Positions 27,737 to 37,576 of a DNA stretch of 64,000 bases are shown piece after piece. Within the stretch, counting starts at the first letter, position 1. Each line of letters begins with the position of its first letter. The notes beneath the pieces were generated by a model. The model was not told the origin of the DNA. It ran no database searches and saw only the letters and a list, made by a program, of their open reading frames with translations. The DNA is from a bacterium (lineage in GTDB: Bacteria; Patescibacteriota; Minisyncoccia; Phycocordibacterales; Phycocordibacteraceae). The position numbers and the translations under genes are program-made. The DNA is taken from the NCBI GenBank assembly GCA_021849125.1, contig JAJZTG010000001.1:96422-160421 (forward strand), written 5' to 3'.

Positions 27737-28269
27737 AAGAATTCGAACTAGAGCCGGGCGAAGAAGTCGTCCTCCAGACGCGGAAGCACTGGCTCCTCTT
27801 CGTGGCCGAGCTCCTCCCCTACGCGATCCTCATCGTCATCCCCTTCGCCCTCCCCAAGCTGCTCGCGCTCGCGCCGCCGATCGCCCCCTACGCGACCCTC
27901 ATCGACTACCACGCGACGATCGGCCGGGTCCTGCTCGGCGTCTGGCTGCTCATCATGTGGACCGGCGCATGGAACGCGTTCACTCGCTATTTCCTGAACG
28001 CATGGATACTCACCAACAAGCGCATCGTCGATATCAAGCAGCGCGGCTATTTCAACCGTGAGGTGTCGAGCCTGTTCCTCTCGCGCGTCCAGGACGTGAC
28101 GACCGACGTCACTGGCGTCGTGTCCTCCCTCCTGAACATCGGCACTATCCAGGTGCAGACGGCCAGCGAAGACGTCGAATTCGTCATGCATGGCATCCCC
28201 CGTCCTGAGCAGATGCGCAATGTCATCCTCCGTTACGCTCAACTCGAATCAAAGGGAACCGGCGTATAG
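27733..28269 (+). CDS. membrane protein with a bacterial PH domain (YdbT/YdbS-like)
   Basis: Two TM helices followed by a bPH_2-like soluble domain. It is translationally coupled to the upstream small membrane protein. Confidence 0.55.
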   Translation: MKEFELEPGEEVVLQTRKHWLLFVAELLPYAILIVIPFALPKLLALAPPIAPYATLIDYHATIGRVLLGVWLLIMWTGAWNAFTRYFLNAWILTNKRIVDIKQRGYFNREVSSLFLSRVQDVTTDVTGVVSSLLNIGTIQVQTASEDVEFVMHGIPRPEQMRNVILRYAQLESKGTGV

Positions 28270-28419
28270 ATAAAAAAGAGGAGCCCCGAAGGACTCCGTG
28301 AAAGAGCGGCTGCGACCCGCTAAAGGGAGAAACAATGAACTCGCCCATGTATGGTGCTCCCCGGCGGTGTTTTTGTCAATCCCGTGCGCACAACAGTTCG
28401 CGCATGATACCATCACACT

Positions 28420-29688
28420 ATGTCTGAACCGCTCTCGACCGAACCGTACAAAGGCGTGCGCGATTTCTTCCCCGCCGATTGGGCGAGGATGACCGCGATA
28501 TTCGACACGCTCCGGCAGACGCTCGCCACCTGGGGCTATGAAGAGTACAACGCCTCGCCGCTTGAGCGCGCCGAGCTCTACGAAGCGAAGACCTCAGAAG
28601 AGATCGTCGGCGAGCAGACCTACACCTTCACCGACCGCGGCGACCGGAGAGTGACGCTCCGCCCCGAGATGACGCCGACCCTTGCCCGCATGGTCGCGGC
28701 GAAGCGCCGCGAGCTCCCCTTCCCGCTCCGCTGGTTCTCGATCCCGAACGTGTTCCGCTATGAGCGCCCGCAGCGCGGACGCTTGCGCGAGCACTACCAG
28801 CTCAACGTCGACCTGGTCGGCGTCGCCTCAGGCGAGGCCGACCTCGAGGCTATCATGCTCGCCTCGGCGCTCCTCGAAGCCTTCGGTGCGAAGGAGAGCG
28901 ATTTCCGCATCCGCATAAATTCCCGCGCGCTCCTTACCGCCGCATGCGCTGCAGCGGGTCTTACGGGAGAATCTACACGTGCCTACCTGCGCCTCCTCGA
29001 CAAGAAGGCGAAGATGCCACCCGAGGAATTCGCTGCTGCACAGACGGCAATCTGCGTAAAAGATCTGCTCACGATCATCGAAGACGCCGGTTCGGCTCCG
29101 GAGGTCGCGCGCGAGAAGAAGGCGGTCCTGGATATCCTCGAAGCGCTTACGAAACGCGGCGTCGCGAACGCCGTTTTCGATCCGACGCTTACGCGCGGCT
29201 TCGACTACTACACCGGTCTCGTCTTCGAGATCTATGACACGAACCCGGCGAACCCGCGTTCCCTCTTCGGCGGCGGACGCTTCGATCGCTTGGTCGCGCT
29301 CTTCGGCGGCGATCCCATTCCAGCCATAGGTTTCGGGATGGGCGATGTGACGCTTGCGGACTTCCTCGAGACCCATAACCTCACCCCGAAGAGCGATACG
29401 GGCCGGCCTCAACTTTATCTCGGCACGCCTACGCCAGGCGACATCCCGGGCGCGCAAACGTTCGCTGCAGAACTTCGAAAGCAAGGCGGCCGCGTCTTCG
29501 TAAACCTCTCCGAAAAGTCGCTTGGTGACCAGATCAAGGACGCAGTGAAGCGCTCCATCCCTCTTTTCATAGCCTACGGCGCAAACGAAGCGACGAGCCA
29601 GACCGTCCGCATGAAAGTATTGGCGACCGGCGAAGAAGTCGGGTTGCCGGTATCCGAACTGCCCGTGCATCTTAAAGCAGGAAGCTAG
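28420..29688 (+). CDS. hisS: histidyl-tRNA synthetase
   Basis: Class II aminoacyl-tRNA synthetase motifs, including VRDFFPADWARMTAIFDTLRQTLATWGYEEY at the HisRS N-terminus, motif 2 FRYERPQRGRLREHYQ, and a C-terminal anticodon-binding domain. Confidence 0.9.
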   Translation: MSEPLSTEPYKGVRDFFPADWARMTAIFDTLRQTLATWGYEEYNASPLERAELYEAKTSEEIVGEQTYTFTDRGDRRVTLRPEMTPTLARMVAAKRRELPFPLRWFSIPNVFRYERPQRGRLREHYQLNVDLVGVASGEADLEAIMLASALLEAFGAKESDFRIRINSRALLTAACAAAGLTGESTRAYLRLLDKKAKMPPEEFAAAQTAICVKDLLTIIEDAGSAPEVAREKKAVLDILEALTKRGVANAVFDPTLTRGFDYYTGLVFEIYDTNPANPRSLFGGGRFDRLVALFGGDPIPAIGFGMGDVTLADFLETHNLTPKSDTGRPQLYLGTPTPGDIPGAQTFAAELRKQGGRVFVNLSEKSLGDQIKDAVKRSIPLFIAYGANEATSQTVRMKVLATGEEVGLPVSELPVHLKAGS

Positions 29689-29690
29689 CC

Positions 29691-30272
29691 ATGCGTGCGA
29701 TCACTTTCGACATCGAATCGATCTCGGACTCCGTCGTACGCGGGCACATCGACGTGAACGAACAAGAGCTCATCGTCGTCGCGATCCATGACTCCCTTAC
29801 CGGCGAGTACACTTCTTATGCCAAAGAAGAGCTTCATCATCTCTGGCACGTCCTCGAACACGCCGATCTTCTCATCGGCTACAATTCCGATTCGTTCGAT
29901 ATTCCGCTCTTGAACCGGTACTATCCGGGCGACCTTACCCAGATACCATCGCTCGATCTGCTTGTAGAAGTACAGAAAGCACTCGGGCGTCGCTTGCGTC
30001 TCCAGGCGCTCGCTGAAGCGACCTTAGGCAAAGGCAAATCCGGTGATGGCCTCAAGGCCGGCGAGTGGTGGCGCGAAGGTAAGCACGACCTTGTTCGCAA
30101 ATACTGCGTCGACGACGTGCGTATCACTCGCGAACTCTACGAATACGCCGTCACACATGGCAAGCTCAAGTACAAGGACCTCCGCGACATCCGCGACGTG
30201 AAGATCGATACCTCTGACTGGCACGATCGCCATCACGAACTCCCTTCCCTCACCCACGCCTTGCCGCTTTGA
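29691..30272 (+). CDS. DEDD-family 3'-5' exonuclease (DnaQ/RNase H-like fold)
   Basis: Exo I FDIES, Exo II GYNSDSFDIPLL and Exo III YCVDDV. It starts 3 nt after the hisS stop. Confidence 0.65.
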   Translation: MRAITFDIESISDSVVRGHIDVNEQELIVVAIHDSLTGEYTSYAKEELHHLWHVLEHADLLIGYNSDSFDIPLLNRYYPGDLTQIPSLDLLVEVQKALGRRLRLQALAEATLGKGKSGDGLKAGEWWREGKHDLVRKYCVDDVRITRELYEYAVTHGKLKYKDLRDIRDVKIDTSDWHDRHHELPSLTHALPL

Positions 30273-30347
30273 GTATTTCCTCTTCATTGAGAGACATGCG
30301 CAGGACTCACCCTCCTGCGCATTCTTGTTTTTGCTACAATAGGAGAT

Positions 30348-31025
30348 ATGAAATCTTCGTACACCATTCCGATCGCAATCGTGCTCGGCGGCGTTATCGT
30401 CGCGCTTGCAGTTTACTTCTCTGTCTCCCGCCCGCCCTCTACCCCTTCGGGAAAAGGAAATCCGGCCGCTGTCCGCCCCATCGGCGTCAATGACCACATT
30501 CTCGGCAACCCGGCCGCGAAAGTAGTGATCATCGAGTATGCCGACTTCGACTGCACCTACTGCAAGGGCTTTTCCGATACCTTGCACCAGATTGTGGCAG
30601 ATGAAGGATTGGATGGTGAAATTGCCTGGGCCTTCCGCCATTTCCCTCTAATCGAGATCCATGAAAACGCGCTCCGCCATGCAGAAGCCGCTGAATGCGC
30701 CGCACAAGCGGGAGGCAATGACGCGTTCTGGAAGTTTAGCGATGCGCTGTTCGCCGCTCAGCCAGCCGACCCTACGAAGTACGGCGTATACGCGGAAAAG
30801 GCCGGGGTACCCGGAGAAGCGTTCGCGTCGTGCTACGCAAACGCTTCGACTACCGTCTATGCACGAGTGATGGCCGATCGGCAGAACGCGCTCGATGCAG
30901 GCGCGATCGGCACCCCGTACACGCTTATCGTCGTACCAGGTAAAGCGCCGACTATCATTAGCGGCACCTACCCGTATGAAGCGATACAGTCGATGATCAG
31001 CGACGCGCTCAAGGAAGCGCGGTAA
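30348..31025 (+). CDS. DsbA-like thiol:disulfide oxidoreductase, membrane-anchored
   Basis: N-terminal TM helix and a thioredoxin-fold active site EYADFDCTYCKGF. Confidence 0.75.
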   Translation: MKSSYTIPIAIVLGGVIVALAVYFSVSRPPSTPSGKGNPAAVRPIGVNDHILGNPAAKVVIIEYADFDCTYCKGFSDTLHQIVADEGLDGEIAWAFRHFPLIEIHENALRHAEAAECAAQAGGNDAFWKFSDALFAAQPADPTKYGVYAEKAGVPGEAFASCYANASTTVYARVMADRQNALDAGAIGTPYTLIVVPGKAPTIISGTYPYEAIQSMISDALKEAR

Positions 31026-31027
31026 TG

Positions 31028-33838
31028 CTACTGCTCATCAAAAAGAGCGAGAAGCGCATCGTACTCAGAAGGTGCTCCGCGGCGCCACTGCCCCGAGAGA
31101 AGTTCGCGTACGACCGCGTCCATATCCGCGAGCGCTATCTCTTGCTCTTCCTTCCCGGTGATGACCGGCACGCGCTTCATGCCGTTTGTCGATATGCCGA
31201 GAAGGACCGCCTCGCTTGCTGGCTCGCCGTTCTCCTTAAGCATCCCTGCATAAAGCGCCAATTGACGCGCGTAACCTTCGTCTTTGGCTGAAATATTCGA
31301 CCCGGTCTTGAAGTCGGCGACCACCGTCTTGCCGCCATCCGAAAAGACAGCGTCTATCTTCCCCGCAAGCATGACCGGCGTGCCATCCACTTCCCGCACG
31401 AGCGAGAAGCTCTTTTCGATATGGAGCGGCGTTCCGAGCCCGGCGATCTGCGGTAAGACGGCACTGAGTGCCTCGCGCGCCTCCTTGCGAAGCTTCTCGA
31501 AAGTCGCATCGCGCGGAAGAAGCGACCGCGTGAAGACCCGTTCAAGCGCAGCATACGCCTCGTCTTCCGAGAGGCCGGAGAGTGCCGCGGCAAGCGCTGC
31601 ATGGATCGCATTGCCGTAGACCAAAGGCGGCACCGGCGGTTCCTTGATCCGGAGCACCCGTCGCGCAAAGAAGGTCGAGGGCGATTCGAGATATTCGTTT
31701 ATAGCCGAGGGCGACAAGCCTTCGGTCTTGAGGTAGTACTCGACGAGCGAGCGGATCTTTTCGGGTGCTGTCACGCGTGTGTGCGGTATCGGAAGCGTGT
31801 CGCTTTCTACCTCGGTCTCGGAAAGGTTCGTCGGTAGCAGGCTCGTAAGGAGACGGTCGCGGCCTTCGGCGCTCGCGCGCGCGTACGAGAGATACGCGTG
31901 ATCCTTTGCACGGGTAAGTGCCACATAGAAAAGGCGTCGTGCGTCATCAAGCGTCTGAGCCTCTGCAAACGGCGAGGGGATGAGTGCGGTGCGTCCGCCC
32001 TTCTCCCACGCATTCTCAGTACAGTCGGGGATGATGACATGACGGAACTCCATGCCTTTCGCCTTGTGTACGGTGATGACCGTAAGGAACCCTTCCCGCT
32101 CGGTCACCGAGACTTTTACGGGAGAGAGCCCATGCTCGCGAGCGCGCTCGAGCGCTGCGAACGCCTCTCTGAACGTCACTGCCTCGCTTGCGAGCGCCGC
32201 GGACTCGAGATGCATCATGAGCGCGCGCACGAGCGTGATGTCGTCGAGATGTTCGGCATGCGAGAGGAGATAGTCGCGTGCGCCGCTTTCGGTAAAAGCG
32301 TATGAAAAACAGGCGATCGGCGTTGTCGTGCGGCTCTCTTCGATAAGCCGTGCAAGCGTCTGAGCTGTTGCCGGATAGGCCTCAGCGAGACGCCCGAGAA
32401 GTTCCCTGTCACTTGCGGTGCGCAACAGCATGAGGATGTCAGGGAGCGGGATTCCCCACCACGGCGCAAGGAGCGCTTCGCGGAGACTCCCGAGCGCGGT
32501 CGGGTCGGCGATATAGCGCATGAGCGCCACGATCATGCGCATAACCGGGCGGTCGGTAAGCGAGAGGTCGCCGGCACGCAGGACCGGAAGTCCGCGCGCG
32601 GAAAGCGCCTGGGCGAAGAGGTCGCCTGTGTCATTAGTGCGCGTAATGACGGCGATCTCATGCGGCAATGCGCCTTCCTTGAGAAGCGACTCGATCAAAA
32701 TCGCGACTTTCGCGCGTTCATCAAGCGGATCGAGAGCCACGACGAGCGAGACTTTCTCGCCTTCCCCGCTGCGCGAAGCGGCAAGCGGCGCATGCTCTCC
32801 TGTTGAGGCGACCACCTCGTGTGCCGTGTCGAGAATGTGCTGATACGAGCGGAAGGAGGACGTCAGGCTGATCGTGACCGCGCGCGGGAAAAGCTCGGTA
32901 AAGGTCTTGAATGCGCCGAGATCAGCGCCCTGGAAACGGTAGATCGCCTGCTTCTCATCGCCCACGACAAAGAGGTTCGGATGATCGTCGTACGCGAAGA
33001 GCTCGAGCAGGCGATGCTGAAGCGCGTTTGCGTCCTGGTGCTCATCAGCCAGGAGATACTGGTAGCGCTCCTGCAGGTCGCTCCGGAGCCCCTCGTCAGC
33101 GGCAATACGCGCGATCACGCCGCCGAGTATGTCAGCGAAATCGGCAAGACCTCGTTCGCTTTTGAGCGCCTCATACCGTTCGAAAACGCGTGCCGCTTCT
33201 TCGACCCGGTCGAACCTGGCGACTTTTCCCTGCCCTGCTTTGGTGAGTTCGCCTTTGTGCTCGCCGCTCTTGTACTGAAGCGACTCGTCAGCCGCAAGCG
33301 TCTGAGCTGCTTCTTTGCCCCACGCACGGTACGCGTCGATCGAGACATCTTCGCGCTTAAGCGTATCGTAAAGGGCACCGAGATCGCGCAGATAGGTGTA
33401 TGGGGCCTTTGCTGGTCGGAGCAGATCGAGATCCGTCGTATCGATCGCTTCGCGCAAAAGAAGCGTTTTCTCCACGTCGCCCATGAGACGACGATCGGCA
33501 TCTTCGACGAACGCCTCCGGATACTCCGCGCGCACGAGCTCCGCGAAACCATGGAAGGTGGTAATGGTGACCTTGCGTGCCGTCTCTTCGCCAATCAGGC
33601 TGCTGAGCCGGCGACGCATCGTGCGAGCCGCCGAGTCGGTAAAGGTGAGTGCGAGGATCGCGTCGGGACGCGCCTGAGTAGCGCGCAAGATGTTCGCGAT
33701 ACGGAGCGTGAGGATATGCGTCTTCCCGGTGCCCGGACCTGCAAGCACCATCACCGGCCCTTCGACCGTATCGACTGCCTGCTTCTGCTCCTTGGTGAGC
33801 TTCGCGTATGCTTCGTCGAATGCAGAGGTAGTTGCCAC
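31028..33838 (-). CDS. UvrD/PcrA-family helicase fused to a C-terminal RecB-type PD-(D/E)xK nuclease (AddA/AdnB-like)
   Basis: Motif I LAGPGTGKTH plus UvrD motifs II-VI. The C-terminus carries GKIDAVFSDGGKTVVADFKTGSN, which matches the RecB nuclease GxIDxxF...DYK motif. Confidence 0.85.
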   Translation of the reverse strand: MATTSAFDEAYAKLTKEQKQAVDTVEGPVMVLAGPGTGKTHILTLRIANILRATQARPDAILALTFTDSAARTMRRRLSSLIGEETARKVTITTFHGFAELVRAEYPEAFVEDADRRLMGDVEKTLLLREAIDTTDLDLLRPAKAPYTYLRDLGALYDTLKREDVSIDAYRAWGKEAAQTLAADESLQYKSGEHKGELTKAGQGKVARFDRVEEAARVFERYEALKSERGLADFADILGGVIARIAADEGLRSDLQERYQYLLADEHQDANALQHRLLELFAYDDHPNLFVVGDEKQAIYRFQGADLGAFKTFTELFPRAVTISLTSSFRSYQHILDTAHEVVASTGEHAPLAASRSGEGEKVSLVVALDPLDERAKVAILIESLLKEGALPHEIAVITRTNDTGDLFAQALSARGLPVLRAGDLSLTDRPVMRMIVALMRYIADPTALGSLREALLAPWWGIPLPDILMLLRTASDRELLGRLAEAYPATAQTLARLIEESRTTTPIACFSYAFTESGARDYLLSHAEHLDDITLVRALMMHLESAALASEAVTFREAFAALERAREHGLSPVKVSVTEREGFLTVITVHKAKGMEFRHVIIPDCTENAWEKGGRTALIPSPFAEAQTLDDARRLFYVALTRAKDHAYLSYARASAEGRDRLLTSLLPTNLSETEVESDTLPIPHTRVTAPEKIRSLVEYYLKTEGLSPSAINEYLESPSTFFARRVLRIKEPPVPPLVYGNAIHAALAAALSGLSEDEAYAALERVFTRSLLPRDATFEKLRKEAREALSAVLPQIAGLGTPLHIEKSFSLVREVDGTPVMLAGKIDAVFSDGGKTVVADFKTGSNISAKDEGYARQLALYAGMLKENGEPASEAVLLGISTNGMKRVPVITGKEEQEIALADMDAVVRELLSGQWRRGAPSEYDALLALFDEQ

Positions 33839-34011
33839 AGTACCGTCAAGTGTAACGTACCCCTATGGGTTATGCACTTATGACATCTTGCACGGATCGT
33901 CGTACAGGCGTACGATGCATCAGTCCTCAAGCATTCCCGTCATTTGCGTGCGGCTCTGCCGCCAGCGGCTGACGCGAGCGCTCGAGGCCTTTATTCATTT
34001 CAGACGTATCC

Positions 34012-36102
34012 ATGGAGCTTTCACTCGTTCCCGTACTTACCGTTTTCATCCTGCTTGCCCTTTCTGGCGCAGCCTATTTCGCGGCCAACAAGACCGGCAT
34101 CCCGCATACGGTCATCTTGGTCGTACTCGGCGTCTTCCTCATACCGCTTTCCCATGTCTCCGGATTCGGCTACCTCGATACGTTCCGTCTCACTCCCGAA
34201 CTCCTCTTCTACATATTCCTGCCGACCCTGATCTTCGAATCAGCGTTCAACATGAACATCCGGCGCCTTTCTGCCGACGCCGTACCGGTGGCGATCCTTT
34301 CGATCGTAAGCTTGCTGGTCTCCGCGTTTGTCGTGGCGGGCGCTATCTGGCTCATCCTGCCCTTGGTCGGTCTACCGCTCTCTTTCCCGATCGCCTTCGT
34401 CTTCGGCGCGCTCATCTCCGCTACCGACCCGGTGGCCGTGCTCGCGCTCTTCAAGGAATATGGAGCGCCGCGCCGACTCGCGATGATCTTCGAGGGCGAG
34501 AGTCTTTTCAACGACGGCACGTCCTTCGCGCTCTTCCTTATCGCCATCGAGATCGCGGTCAAAGGCACCTTCAGCACCGGTACGCTCCTCGAAGGTACGC
34601 TCTCATTCGTCCTCATGATCGTCGGCGGCGCCCTGTTCGGACTTATCCTTGGCGGACTCTTTTCGAAGGCGATCGGCTATGCGAAAAGCAACGAGTCGGT
34701 CGCGATCACGCTCATGCTGGTGCTTGCGCACACTACCTTCCTTCTCTCGGAATTCGTCTCGGAGCATGTGGTCATCGCCGGTTTCCCGGTCCACCTCTCT
34801 TCGATCATCGCGACCACCATCGCCGCGATGGTGGTCGGCAATTACGGCCGCGCGAAACTCCCACAGCATGCAGAAGCGTTTATCGAGCACTTCTGGGGTC
34901 AGATCGCCTTCTTCGCGAACTCGTTGGTCTTTATCCTGATCGGCACTCTCGCGGTTTCCTTGCCGCTCAACTCTCACGGCCTCATCTTGCCGATCCTTCT
35001 CGTGATCCTCATCGTGGTCGTGGCGCGAGCGCTTTCGATCTATCCGGTCGTCGGGGCTTGGAACCGCCTCGCTGAGCCTTTCGGCGCTATCCCGCTTGCC
35101 TGGCAGCACCTGCTTGCTTGGGGGAGCCTCCGAGGCGCGCTCGCGGTCACGATGGCCCTTCTCATCCCTACCGATTGGATGATCTCGACCCCGGTGTACA
35201 CGGGCTCAGTGCACGACGTGCTTCTTGCCTTCACGACTGGCTGTATCTTCGCCACGCTTTTCGTGAAAGCGACCACGATCGGCCCCATGATGCGCCACCT
35301 CAAGGTAGACCGCCTCAACCCGCTCGAGCAAGCAGAGCACGATGTCGCAAGAGCGCACATCTATGCGAACGTCACCGCGCACATCGACTCATTCGGCACG
35401 AAAGGATATCTGCCTAAGGCAGTCGCCAAGAACCTCCATGATCGCTACGCGGAACGTTTTGCCGAGTCGAAGACCGCGTGCGACGAAGCATGCCTTCAAA
35501 CCGGGCTCGGTAACGCTGCGCTTCGCATCTGGGCGATCGGTGTCGAGAAGCAGGCCCTCTCGACGCTCTACCGCTATGGCGAGATCGATGAGCCGGTGTA
35601 CAAGCGCATCCTCGATAAGCTCACCATCCGTCTGGAGCACGCAGAGGCCGGCTACTCGTCTTCGGAGATCCATCTGGCATTCGATCGGGATATTTTCGAA
35701 TGGTTCGCCCTCCAGGCGCGCCGCGTGCTCCGCACAAAGATGAATCCGTCTGAACCGCGCACGTCCTACATGTACTACCGCGCTCTCTCGATCCTTGCGA
35801 GCAAGGCTATCAAGGAACTCCAAACGCTCAAGAAGATGCACGATCCGGTCTTCCCGGCAGCGCTTATCGAGGAGACGATCGCGGTCTACGAAACCTTCCG
35901 CGGACATACGCTTGAGACCCTCCGCGCAGTCGAAAAAACAAACGCCGAGCTCGCAAGCGAGCTCTCCAGAGATCTTGCCGGACGCGCCGTCCTCAAGGTC
36001 GAAGAGCGCATCCTCGACGAATTCTACGATCGTGAAGCCGTCACCCCGAAAGTCTATCTCGGATTGCGTACCGAACTCGCTGAGGAAGCCACGCGGGCAT
36101 AA
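34012..36102 (+). CDS. Na+/H+ antiporter, CPA1 (NhaP) family, with a C-terminal cytoplasmic domain
   Basis: Twelve or more TM segments, the CPA1 signature SATDPVAVLALF, and a long hydrophilic C-terminal tail. Confidence 0.85.
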   Translation: MELSLVPVLTVFILLALSGAAYFAANKTGIPHTVILVVLGVFLIPLSHVSGFGYLDTFRLTPELLFYIFLPTLIFESAFNMNIRRLSADAVPVAILSIVSLLVSAFVVAGAIWLILPLVGLPLSFPIAFVFGALISATDPVAVLALFKEYGAPRRLAMIFEGESLFNDGTSFALFLIAIEIAVKGTFSTGTLLEGTLSFVLMIVGGALFGLILGGLFSKAIGYAKSNESVAITLMLVLAHTTFLLSEFVSEHVVIAGFPVHLSSIIATTIAAMVVGNYGRAKLPQHAEAFIEHFWGQIAFFANSLVFILIGTLAVSLPLNSHGLILPILLVILIVVVARALSIYPVVGAWNRLAEPFGAIPLAWQHLLAWGSLRGALAVTMALLIPTDWMISTPVYTGSVHDVLLAFTTGCIFATLFVKATTIGPMMRHLKVDRLNPLEQAEHDVARAHIYANVTAHIDSFGTKGYLPKAVAKNLHDRYAERFAESKTACDEACLQTGLGNAALRIWAIGVEKQALSTLYRYGEIDEPVYKRILDKLTIRLEHAEAGYSSSEIHLAFDRDIFEWFALQARRVLRTKMNPSEPRTSYMYYRALSILASKAIKELQTLKKMHDPVFPAALIEETIAVYETFRGHTLETLRAVEKTNAELASELSRDLAGRAVLKVEERILDEFYDREAVTPKVYLGLRTELAEEATRA

Positions 36103-36114
36103 AGCGCCGAAAAA

Positions 36115-36150
36115 AGAAAAAGGACGCGAAATGCGTCCTTTTTCTTTTTT
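36115..36150. terminator. bidirectional rho-independent terminator between nhaP and rpoD
   Basis: aaaaaggacgcgaaatgcgtccttttt followed by cttttttt. Confidence 0.7.
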
Positions 36151-36250
36151 CGAGTGATTAGTATGACTTCAGGTGGCGTGCCTTGTCGTGCGCAACATTG
36201 TTTACTTATGAACGAAGTGAATTAGTAAACAAGAAGTTCACATGATAAGG

Positions 36251-37540
36251 CTAATAGCTCTTCAAATGCCGTGCCTTATCATGAGTGCGGATCTTCTCCA
36301 AGGCTTTCGCTTCGATCTGGCGGATACGCTCGCGCGTGACGCCGAACTCCTTCCCTACCTCCTCGAGCGTATGATAGACGCCGTCCATGAGGCCATGACG
36401 CATCTCGAGGATCTTGCGCTCCTTCGGCGAGAGGTCGTTCAGAATCTCGCGTACCTGCTCGGAAAGGATACGCTCCGACGACTCCTGTACCGGGGATGGG
36501 ATCTTCTCGTCCGGGATGAAGTCCCCGAGCGTCGATTTTTCGTCGTCATCCGAACCGATCGGGTTCTCAAGCGAGAGCGTGTCCTGATTGATCTTCTCGA
36601 TCTGATAGATCTTCTCGGGTTCGACACCCATCTCTACCGCGATCTCTTCCGGCTGCGGGTCGCGGCCCAAGGCCTGAGCGAGACGGCGCGAGACCTGCTT
36701 GTACTTGGCGATGGTCTCCACCATGTGGACCGGGATGCGGATCGTGCGTGACTGGTCTGCAAGCGCACGCGTGATCGCCTGGCGGATCCACCAGGTCGCG
36801 TACGTCGAGAACTTGTAGCCTTTCTTCCAGTCGAACTTATCGACTGCGCGGAAAAGACCCAGGTTCCCTTCCTGGATGAGGTCGAGAAGCGTGAGATCAG
36901 GTGAACGGCCCACGTACTTCTTCGCGATCGAGACCACGAGGCGGAGGTTGCTCCTGGCGAGGATGTTACGCGCTTCGGCGTCGCCCTTCTCGATACGCTT
37001 CGCCAGCTCGCGCTCTTCCGCAGCGGTCAGAAGCGGATACTGACCGATCTCGCGGAGGTAGATCTGGATCGAGTCGTAGTTCGTCGAGTGCCGATCCTTG
37101 ATGTTGCGGGTCGCGAGGTATTCATCGGCACCGTCTTCGAGCATGCCACCCTCGAGAACATCGACACCGGCGGTCGCGAGACGCTCATAGAGCGACTCGA
37201 GGAAGCTCACGTCCTCCTCGATATGAGGGAACGACTTCAGGATCTCGTTGTACGTGACATAACCGCGCTCCTTACCTTTCTCGATCAGCTGTTCGGCTGA
37301 CATCGCTTTCTGCGAAAGCGCTTTCGCTTTTGCTCCCTTCTTCGCAGGGGCGCGCTTCACGACCTTCTTCTTCGGTGCGGCTTTCTTCGCGGTCGTACGC
37401 TTTACCGGTTTCTTCACCGGCTTCTTTATCGGCTTCTTCTTGGGTACAGCCTTCTTCACCGGCTTCTTTGCCGGCTTCGCTTTTTTGGTCGCGCTCGTAC
37501 GCGAAACGTTCTTCTTCTTTTTAGAAACGGTTTTTGCCAT
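36251..37540 (-). CDS. rpoD: RNA polymerase sigma-70 factor RpoD with a lysine-rich N-terminal extension
   Basis: Region 1.2/2 [24 protein letters not shown] and the region 4 HTH ([24 protein letters not shown]). The N-terminal ~70 aa are K/A/P-rich. Confidence 0.9.
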   Translation of the reverse strand: MAKTVSKKKKNVSRTSATKKAKPAKKPVKKAVPKKKPIKKPVKKPVKRTTAKKAAPKKKVVKRAPAKKGAKAKALSQKAMSAEQLIEKGKERGYVTYNEILKSFPHIEEDVSFLESLYERLATAGVDVLEGGMLEDGADEYLATRNIKDRHSTNYDSIQIYLREIGQYPLLTAAEERELAKRIEKGDAEARNILARSNLRLVVSIAKKYVGRSPDLTLLDLIQEGNLGLFRAVDKFDWKKGYKFSTYATWWIRQAITRALADQSRTIRIPVHMVETIAKYKQVSRRLAQALGRDPQPEEIAVEMGVEPEKIYQIEKINQDTLSLENPIGSDDDEKSTLGDFIPDEKIPSPVQESSERILSEQVREILNDLSPKERKILEMRHGLMDGVYHTLEEVGKEFGVTRERIRQIEAKALEKIRTHDKARHLKSY

Positions 37541-37576
37541 ACATGGAAATAAGTAAAAGTATGAAGTTGGTAGCCT

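Noticed and set aside
28270-28419. Looked for a T-box leader upstream of hisS.
   Set aside because: No GGGTGGNACCGCG core or terminator/antiterminator pair is visible there.
33690-35075. 461-aa ORF overlapping the nhaP gene in another frame. Similar long alternate-frame ORFs occur at 14073-15044, 16018-17025, 23780-25045, 40930-42537, 44280-45572, 45660-46913, 51502-52599 and 56897-58921.
   Set aside because: They have Arg/Pro/Ala-rich nonsense-like composition and lie entirely inside well-supported genes. Long stop-free alternate frames of this kind are expected in high-GC DNA.
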